Below are positions 57,753-64,000 of a stretch of 64,000 bases of DNA, in pieces; positions within the stretch are counted from its first letter, which is position 1, and each line of letters starts with the position of its first letter. A program made the position numbers and the translations under genes. The notes below the pieces were generated by a model, which did not search any database, was not told the origin of the DNA, and saw nothing but the letters and a program-made list of their open reading frames with translations. The stretch is taken from contig CBDAOY010000005.1 of the NCBI GenBank assembly GCA_965198225.1, positions 640,001-704,000 of the forward strand. The letters run 5' to 3'. The stretch is from Terriglobia bacterium. GTDB lineage: Bacteria; Acidobacteriota; Terriglobia; 20CM-2-55-15.

Positions 57753-59638
57753 GCACCGCCGGACACATCGATCACGGCAAGACTGCCCTCGTCAAGGCGT
57801 TGACCGGCATCGATGCCGATCGCCTGAAAGAGGAGAAGGAGCGGGGGATCACGATCGACCTGGGATTCGCCAACCTCGACCTGGATCAAGAAACCAGCAT
57901 CGGCTTCGTCGACGTTCCGGGTCACGAGAAGTTCGTCAAGAACATGCTCGCCGGCATCGGTGGGATCGATCTGGTCATGTTGGTAGTTGCCGCCGACGAG
58001 TCGATCATGCCCCAGACACGGGAGCACCTCGATATCTGTTCGCTGCTCCACATCCGGCACGGGCTGACCGTCATCACGAAAATAGACGCGGCTGACGAAG
58101 AGATCGCCGACCTGGTCGAACTCGAGGTCCGAGATTATCTGAAATCGACGTTCCTCGGTCAATCGCCGATCGTCAGAGTCAGTGCACAGCGTGGGGACGG
58201 GATCCCCGAACTTGTCGGGACGCTGAAGACGCTCTGTGCCGGGGTCGAACCGAAGGATGCCTCCCAGATATTCAGGCTGCCCGTGGATCGGTGTTTCACG
58301 ATGAAGGGGTTCGGTACCGTTGTAACCGGGACGTCGATATCCGGTTCCATCCACAAGGACGAGGAAGTCGAGTTGCTTCCGTCCGGCCGTCAGACCCGGA
58401 TTCGCGGGATACAGGTGCATGGGCAGGCAGCGGACGTCGTAAAGGCCGGGCAGCGAACAGCGCTTAACCTCCTGGGAGTCGAAGTTGGGGAAGTTCATCG
58501 TGGAGTTGTGTTGACTGAACCGGATCTGTTCGAGCCGACCTCGATGTTCGATTGTCATCTGGAGTTGCTCGAATCGGCACCCGGGCCGATCCGTCAGCGC
58601 AAGCGCATCCGCTTCCACGTCGGAACGGCCGAGATCATGGGGTATGTTTCACTACTCGGTCGTGAGCGGCTCGAACCAGGAGGTCAATCCCTCGTCCAGA
58701 TCCGATTGGAGGAGGCCACATTTGCGCTTCCTCGCGACCGCTTCATCATCCGGCAGTATTCCCCTATGGTCACGATCGGCGGCGGGGTAATACTGGAAGG
58801 CAACCCGAGTAGGCATCGGCGCCACGACGAGCGCGTCCTGAGGCGTCTCGAGACGTTCAAGGAAGGCAGCCTCGCCGACCGCCTTATGATCCTGGTCGAC
58901 GAAGCCGGTCTCGGGGCGCTGACGCTGGAAGCCCTGGTCGGAAAAGTGGGCGCGGTTGGTTCGACGATCCGATCCGCGCTGGAAGCCCTGGCCAGACAAG
59001 GCTCGATTCGGATCCTTTCGGAACGCCCGTTCACCGTCGTGTCCCGGGACGTATTCCAGCGAGCTCTCGATCAAACGCTCTCCCGGGTTCAGAGTTTCCA
59101 CGAAGCCAACCCCTTGACGGTGGGCATTTCCCGGGAGGAGCTCAAGACGAAGGTGTATGAGAAGTCTTCCAACCTTGTTTTCCAGACCGCGCTCCAAGAG
59201 CTTGCGTCCCGTGAAGAAATAGCGTTTGCGCAGGACCTCATCCGTATCTTCGGCCGGAAGGTGACGCTCGGCGAACACGAAGAGTCGATCAAGAAGAAGC
59301 TGACCGATGAGTTTCTGCGTTACGGGGTCGAGGTCCCCACGCCGGATGAACTGATCCGGAAAGCCCGGGTCGACCCGGGTACGGCAAGACAGATTCTGCA
59401 GTTGATGCTCCGAGACGGTGTCGTCGTGAAGGTCAACGACGACTTGATGATGCACCAGGCAGCCATGGACGGGGTGATCGAAAGGGTCCGCTCCCTGAAA
59501 GGAACGGGCGCGAAACTCGGAGTCGGAGAGTTCAAGGACCTGTTCGGCGTGTCCCGCAAGTATGCGATTCCGTTGTTGGAGTATTTGGACCGGGAGCGGG
59601 TTACGCGGAGGGTAGGGGATTCGAGGGAGATTCTGTAA
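57734..59638 (+). CDS. selB: Selenocysteine-specific elongation factor SelB
   Basis: [41 protein letters not shown]; C-terminal [13 protein letters not shown] winged helix. Confidence 0.97.
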   Translation: MPHIIVGTAGHIDHGKTALVKALTGIDADRLKEEKERGITIDLGFANLDLDQETSIGFVDVPGHEKFVKNMLAGIGGIDLVMLVVAADESIMPQTREHLDICSLLHIRHGLTVITKIDAADEEIADLVELEVRDYLKSTFLGQSPIVRVSAQRGDGIPELVGTLKTLCAGVEPKDASQIFRLPVDRCFTMKGFGTVVTGTSISGSIHKDEEVELLPSGRQTRIRGIQVHGQAADVVKAGQRTALNLLGVEVGEVHRGVVLTEPDLFEPTSMFDCHLELLESAPGPIRQRKRIRFHVGTAEIMGYVSLLGRERLEPGGQSLVQIRLEEATFALPRDRFIIRQYSPMVTIGGGVILEGNPSRHRRHDERVLRRLETFKEGSLADRLMILVDEAGLGALTLEALVGKVGAVGSTIRSALEALARQGSIRILSERPFTVVSRDVFQRALDQTLSRVQSFHEANPLTVGISREELKTKVYEKSSNLVFQTALQELASREEIAFAQDLIRIFGRKVTLGEHEESIKKKLTDEFLRYGVEVPTPDELIRKARVDPGTARQILQLMLRDGVVVKVNDDLMMHQAAMDGVIERVRSLKGTGAKLGVGEFKDLFGVSRKYAIPLLEYLDRERVTRRVGDSREIL

Positions 59639-59652
59639 GGGAACAAGTTGTC

Positions 59653-59992
59653 CGTAGGCCGTAGGCCGTTGGACGTTGGGGTGTTGCGTACCGAGGATTT
59701 GTTGGTGTCCGGCGAGGGGGTTGGCGCTTTGTTTCGTAGGCCGTAGGCCGTTGATGTGTTGCTAACCGAGAAGTCGTTGGTGACTGGCGAGGGGTGGACG
59801 CGTTGTTCGTAGGCCGTTGATGTCTTGCTTACCGACAAGTCGTTGGTGACTGGCGAGGTGTGGACCCCAAGACCTCGATGCTGCGACAAATGTGTCGCCA
59901 GTCACCTGCTAACCGCCGCTGAGCGACACCACAACGGCCTACGGCCTACTGGCCGCAGAGCGGCCCAACGCCTCAACGGATAACGGCCTACG
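59653..59992. repeat. Three degenerate 60-80 bp tandem units built on CGTAGGC, plus inverted units
   Basis: Units start at 59653, 59735, 59808 (CGTAGGCCGTTG..ACCGA..GTTGGTG..GGCGAGG); inverted AACGGCCTACG at 59933 and near 59982. Confidence 0.75.
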
Positions 59993-60001
59993 AAGAACAA
60001 C

Positions 60002-60025
60002 AAAAAGGACGGCCATTGGCCGCCC
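60002..60025 (-). terminator. Probable intrinsic terminator of tatA
   Basis: GGACGGCC-ATT-GGCCGCCC stem with T5 on the minus strand. Confidence 0.55.
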
Positions 60026-60051
60026 TCTCATCTCATTCCTGTTAAACCGCT

Positions 60052-60225
60052 CTATGCCTGCTCCGAGTTCGACTCCTCGCCGCTGTCATCACCTTTTATG
60101 GACTTCTTGAAGTTCTTGATGCCTTCCCCGATTCCTTTACCCATCTCGGGTAGTCGTTTCGCACCGAACAGAAAGAAAATGATGACCAGGATGATCATCA
60201 GTTCCGGCAAACCCAGTCTAAACAT
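60052..60225 (-). CDS. tatA: Twin-arginine translocase TatA/E
   Basis: [38 protein letters not shown]. Confidence 0.95.
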   Translation of the reverse strand: MFRLGLPELMIILVIIFFLFGAKRLPEMGKGIGEGIKNFKKSIKGDDSGEESNSEQA

Positions 60226-60318
60226 GGAGTTCCTCCGCTTCGATCCTTCCAGGCTCTCCGAACTCGGGCTAAGCGTGAATGGACACGTTACCGACAAAAA
60301 AAGTATATCGGATGGAAC

Positions 60319-60768
60319 TCAGTTCGTCCAAGTGTAATCCCAGAGGTACCATTGCCGGTCGCTCATCGGAGACTCCGGTATGACGACGCGAAATCGGCCC
60401 TCGAACTCAGTCACGACCAGGGCATACACCTGCCCGTCCGGCTCCCGGTAGACCAGGTAGTGGTACGTGCGACTGTTACCTTCCCTCTTCCGCTGATCCA
60501 GGACACGGCCCCGTGTAAACGGGGGCCGGAGCAGCTCGGCAATCTCTTCCCCCGTCGCCTCGCGAAGGTTCCCGGAGTCGATCCCGACGCTCAAGATCAC
60601 CATGGATTCCACCCGTGCGGGGTCGCCGGACCCCATGGCGTCCATGAACAGCTCGGCGGCGGTCAGCGGGGGACTGTAGACGTAGTAATAGTAATAGCCC
60701 AGGGCTGTCGATCCGGCTATGAGAACCCCGATGAAGCACAGGACGGAGAGTCGGATCGGCAGCTTCAT
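60319..60768 (-). CDS. Hypothetical membrane-anchored protein
   Basis: N-terminal TM; start overlaps the pgi stop (ATGA). Confidence 0.75.
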   Translation of the reverse strand: MKLPIRLSVLCFIGVLIAGSTALGYYYYYVYSPPLTAAELFMDAMGSGDPARVESMVILSVGIDSGNLREATGEEIAELLRPPFTRGRVLDQRKREGNSRTYHYLVYREPDGQVYALVVTEFEGRFRVVIPESPMSDRQWYLWDYTWTN

Positions 60769-62123
60769 CGAATCACCATCCGCTTTATTCTTCGGTGCTG
60801 GGAGACCTTCTCGTCGTAGGCGGAGTAGCCGTCTCGTCCCATCATCGAAAACGTCAATCGTTTTCCGTAGTCGACTCCGGGCTGGTCGAATGCGTTGATG
60901 TCATACAGCTCCCCAGCGTACGCGGTTGCGTATTCCGAGAACATGATGAGTTCTCCGAGGTTGGCTTCATCCAGGCGGTCCGTCGAAACCGCGACGCTCG
61001 GGCGACCGGCTTCGGTCAACGCGATTTCGGTGGCCTCTCTCTCCGAATGCAACAACTCGCCGATGTCCCGACCCTCGAGATAACCCAGCGAAGGGTAATC
61101 GGAGAAGTCTCCGTCCACCGAGATCTTATTGCGAAAGTCTTTGAGATCCCAGAACACGAATGACTTGTCGTTGGGTCCCTCGATGAAAAGCTGCAGCTGG
61201 GAATGCTGGTCCGTCACACCAAGAGCCGCTGTCGGAGTCTGCCCGACGTGGACCGTGTGTCCCTGCCGGTTTTCTTTCTTCCCCAGGCTCTCACCCCAGA
61301 GCTGCTTGTACCAGAAAGCGAATTTCCACAACGCCTTGCAGTACGGAAAAAGCGTGAGAATCGACTTGCCGCGCTTGCGGTCGAGGAACCATTGGATGAA
61401 GGCCATCTGAAGGGCCGCGTTCTCACCGGGTGGACGTCGCGCGCGTTCCCCAGCCCGCATCGCACCGGACATGAGCTCCGCGACGTCGAGCCCCAGCAGG
61501 GCGGCCGGGAGTATGCCGACGGGAGACAGGACGCTGAACCGTCCTCCGACATTGGACGGTATCTCAAACGCCGGATACCGCTCCTGGCGAGCAATCCCGA
61601 GGAGGTCGCCTTTCTCTCGATCCGTGGTCACCACGAAACGCGAACGCGCCTGGTCGGGTCCCAGCGCATCGATCAACCAGCGCCGGACGAGGCTGAAGGT
61701 TGCCATCGTCTCGGCCGTAACACCGGACTTCGCGATGACGTTGACGACGACATCCCGAGGGTTCAGTCGATCGAGTGTGCCGCGGATGAAGTCCGGGTCG
61801 ACATTGTCCAGAGCGGCCAGGCTGCGTCCCGGGGAGCGTTGATAGAGGGCGTCCGCCAACGCAATCGGGCCGAGAGCGGAACCCCCGATGCCGACAACAA
61901 GGACGTGAGGGTAGGGATGTTTTTCCGCGAACGCACACGCGGTGTCGACGACATCCTGGCGGGATGGGAGATCCGCGAAACCGAGTCGACCCGCTGCCCG
62001 TTCCGTTTCCAGTTTGTCGACCGTCCTCAAGAGGGATGCCGCGGCCTGTTCGAAAGTTTCAGCCGGAATGCCGTTGCTCCCGACGGCGTCCTCAAGGACG
62101 TTCGTGAAATCCAGCTCGATCAA
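60765..62123 (-). CDS. pgi: Glucose-6-phosphate isomerase
   Basis: GIGGSALG, KSGVTAET, VGGRFSVLS, QLWGESLGK, DQHSQLQL, FDQPGV. Confidence 0.95.
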   Translation of the reverse strand: MIELDFTNVLEDAVGSNGIPAETFEQAAASLLRTVDKLETERAAGRLGFADLPSRQDVVDTACAFAEKHPYPHVLVVGIGGSALGPIALADALYQRSPGRSLAALDNVDPDFIRGTLDRLNPRDVVVNVIAKSGVTAETMATFSLVRRWLIDALGPDQARSRFVVTTDREKGDLLGIARQERYPAFEIPSNVGGRFSVLSPVGILPAALLGLDVAELMSGAMRAGERARRPPGENAALQMAFIQWFLDRKRGKSILTLFPYCKALWKFAFWYKQLWGESLGKKENRQGHTVHVGQTPTAALGVTDQHSQLQLFIEGPNDKSFVFWDLKDFRNKISVDGDFSDYPSLGYLEGRDIGELLHSEREATEIALTEAGRPSVAVSTDRLDEANLGELIMFSEYATAYAGELYDINAFDQPGVDYGKRLTFSMMGRDGYSAYDEKVSQHRRIKRMVIR

Positions 62124-62142
62124 TTCGCTCCCGGTCCTTTCT

Positions 62143-63900
62143 TCAGAGTTGCTGGTTCCCCAGCTCCGAGGCTTCTACAGATTCCTCGTCCGGAGTCCAG
62201 TTCTTCGGCTCCACGGTAATCGACTTGAACTCCCGAAGACGGACGAGACCGGGCTTCGCTTTTCGAGGCTTCGAAACGAAGCGGCGCCGTGTGTAATGCA
62301 CCTCGACCTTGCTCGAGTTCCGAGCCTGTGAATGGTAGGCGGCCAACTGGGCGGCCCGCAGGAGCACAGGTTTGTCCAACTCCCGGTCCTTGGCCGGATT
62401 CCTGACTATGACGTGAGAACCGCTGTAGCCGGCCACGTGGAGCCAGAAGTCATCTCCAGCCGCCACCTTGAATGTCAGTTCGTCATTCTCCTTACCGTTG
62501 CGGCCGAAGAGAACTTCCTTTCCGTCGATGCGGATCGCCCGTTTCGTGCGAGCTGTCTCGGAGGGGGCCTTGCTGTCTCCAGGATCGGTCCGTTCCTTGG
62601 CCGTTCCAGTCAGTGCAAACCAGGAATCCCAGTCCTTGATCGAGCGCACCTTTTCCTCTTCCTGCTCGAGGTTGCGGCTGAGGGTGCTCGTCTCTTTCAG
62701 CTGACGATTGACCAGCGACTTCCCTCGTCTGGCCTTCTGGTATTTCTTGAACATCCTGGACACGTTCTGGCGAAGCGTCACCGAGGGATCGACCTTGATC
62801 TCACGTTTGCGAGCTTCTTCGCCGAAGTAGTCGGTAACCTCCACAGAATCATGATGCTGGTCCATCGGGGCGCCGCTGGCGACCAGCATCTTCGCGGTAT
62901 CCTGAAGTTCGGCAGCTTGTTCGAATTGCTCCAACTGGTTCAGCAACCGGTTTCTCCGCGCTCGAAGCTTCCGAGCCCGATCTCTGAGTGCCCGTCGCTT
63001 CGGGGTCTTGGCGCGTTCGAGCAACGTTCTCGATTCCAACTCGTCGTACAGCAAGCGAGCGGCCTGAAGTATGCCGGTGTAGGTCGTGTGGCTGTGACTT
63101 TTGCCGAAGGATTCGAGCTCGATCGGGCTCAATCGCGCCCGACGCAGCAGGTTGAGGTCATTCTCTTCGAGCACGACGCGGAGCGGCCTGAATGTGTAAA
63201 GCCAGGCGGCCTCCGAGGGAGTCCGAAGCTGATCGACGAGACGTCGAACCTCGTCGGGTACGCTTCGGTCCTTACCGGCTCCGCGGTGAGCGACTTCAGC
63301 CGCGAACACAGGGCCGACTCCGGCAATACTCTCGACGAGCCAACCCTTGCCTTTCCTCGCGTACTCCTCCGTATCGAACCAGGAATCGCTTTCGCAGGCT
63401 TCCGCGAGATCCAGTTTGCCCGCGACTACGGGGTACCGGTACTCCTCATACTCTCCGATGCCGTGCTGCGGACTCAGAGGCGCGAACGAATCCAGCACCC
63501 GGCGTTCGGCGTCGAGGAGCACCATGTTCGGGGCATTCGGGAGTAGCTCTATCACGAGAACGAGGGTTTCGAGCTCCCTGGCCGGGAGTGTTGTCTGGAA
63601 CGTCATCTCGACGATTCTCTCCGACAACGGTTTCTCGACATGCTTCAGCCTGGCGTCGTTGAGATGCTTCCGGAGCACCATGGTGAAGTCTGTGGTCGGG
63701 TAGTTGACCGGAGGACGGGCATCGGAGATGTAGAGCGCCGGAGTGCGGGCGTCGAGCCATACCTTCAGCGCCGGGACCTTCGTACGGCGGGTCTGGAAGA
63801 TGAACCCGCTCTTATGGTGCTGGACCACACGACGCACGACCAGACCATCGGTCACGCGTTTGAGCTCCTCGACCAGGGAGATGAGAGCGAAATTCTCCAT
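62143..63900 (-). CDS. NFACT/FbpA family ribosome quality control protein (RqcH-like)
   Basis: FTMVLRKHL..ERIV; coiled coil; GRNGKENDELT..WLHV..GSHV..AAQLAAYHS..VHYT..KPG. Confidence 0.9.
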   Translation of the reverse strand: MENFALISLVEELKRVTDGLVVRRVVQHHKSGFIFQTRRTKVPALKVWLDARTPALYISDARPPVNYPTTDFTMVLRKHLNDARLKHVEKPLSERIVEMTFQTTLPARELETLVLVIELLPNAPNMVLLDAERRVLDSFAPLSPQHGIGEYEEYRYPVVAGKLDLAEACESDSWFDTEEYARKGKGWLVESIAGVGPVFAAEVAHRGAGKDRSVPDEVRRLVDQLRTPSEAAWLYTFRPLRVVLEENDLNLLRRARLSPIELESFGKSHSHTTYTGILQAARLLYDELESRTLLERAKTPKRRALRDRARKLRARRNRLLNQLEQFEQAAELQDTAKMLVASGAPMDQHHDSVEVTDYFGEEARKREIKVDPSVTLRQNVSRMFKKYQKARRGKSLVNRQLKETSTLSRNLEQEEEKVRSIKDWDSWFALTGTAKERTDPGDSKAPSETARTKRAIRIDGKEVLFGRNGKENDELTFKVAAGDDFWLHVAGYSGSHVIVRNPAKDRELDKPVLLRAAQLAAYHSQARNSSKVEVHYTRRRFVSKPRKAKPGLVRLREFKSITVEPKNWTPDEESVEASELGNQQL

Positions 63901-63947
63901 TGCAGCAATTGTAACTGAAGGGTGCGGGCGTTGGGCCCGCAGTAGTG

Positions 63948-64000
63948 CGTAGGCCGTTATCCGTAGGCCGTTGTCCGTTGAGGAGTCGCTTACCGACAAT
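63948..64000. repeat. CGTAGGC-family repeat unit (runs off window)
   Basis: CGTAGGCCGTTATCCGTAGGCCGTTG..GCTTACCGACAA matches the 59653-59870 units. Confidence 0.7.

Noticed and set aside
59653-59870. CRISPR array
   Set aside because: Repeats are degenerate, the intervening segments resemble each other, and no cas genes are present.
59870-60000. tRNA-Sec (selC) downstream of selB
   Set aside because: No cloverleaf, UCA anticodon arm or TTCRA T-loop is recognisable.

Overview
GC-rich bacterial window, probably Acidobacteriota. That call is an inference from four ADOP-type orphan permeases, two PadR regulators and two Ser/Thr kinase-TPR proteins. Housekeeping genes: typA 3' end, maf, selB, tatA, pgi and an NFACT/RqcH-like gene. 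The rest is mostly accessory: PQQ dehydrogenases, Gld-like and MacAB-like ABC systems, and one intact plus one remnant IS1182. Main observations: (1) Two genes the ORF track splits are probably selenoproteins read through an in-frame UGA, and selB is in the same window. One is an exported NHL/PAL-like beta-propeller whose UGA73 aligns exactly with Cys73 of its tandem paralog; the other is an ArsC-like UxxC protein. (2) A RiPP-like locus has a Nif11/NHLP double-glycine precursor, an HExxH protein as its only candidate maturase, and NHLM-type ABC exporters. It is bracketed by two inverted 269-bp MITEs. (3) An actin-fold protein resembling haloarchaeal volactin lies tail-to-tail with a bactofilin. 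(4) There are three non-coding repeat families: CTAG-targeting MITEs, GTAG-type REP doublets and CGTAGGC-based repeats. No rRNA, tRNA or CRISPR array was seen. Family names come from motif recognition only; no searches were run.
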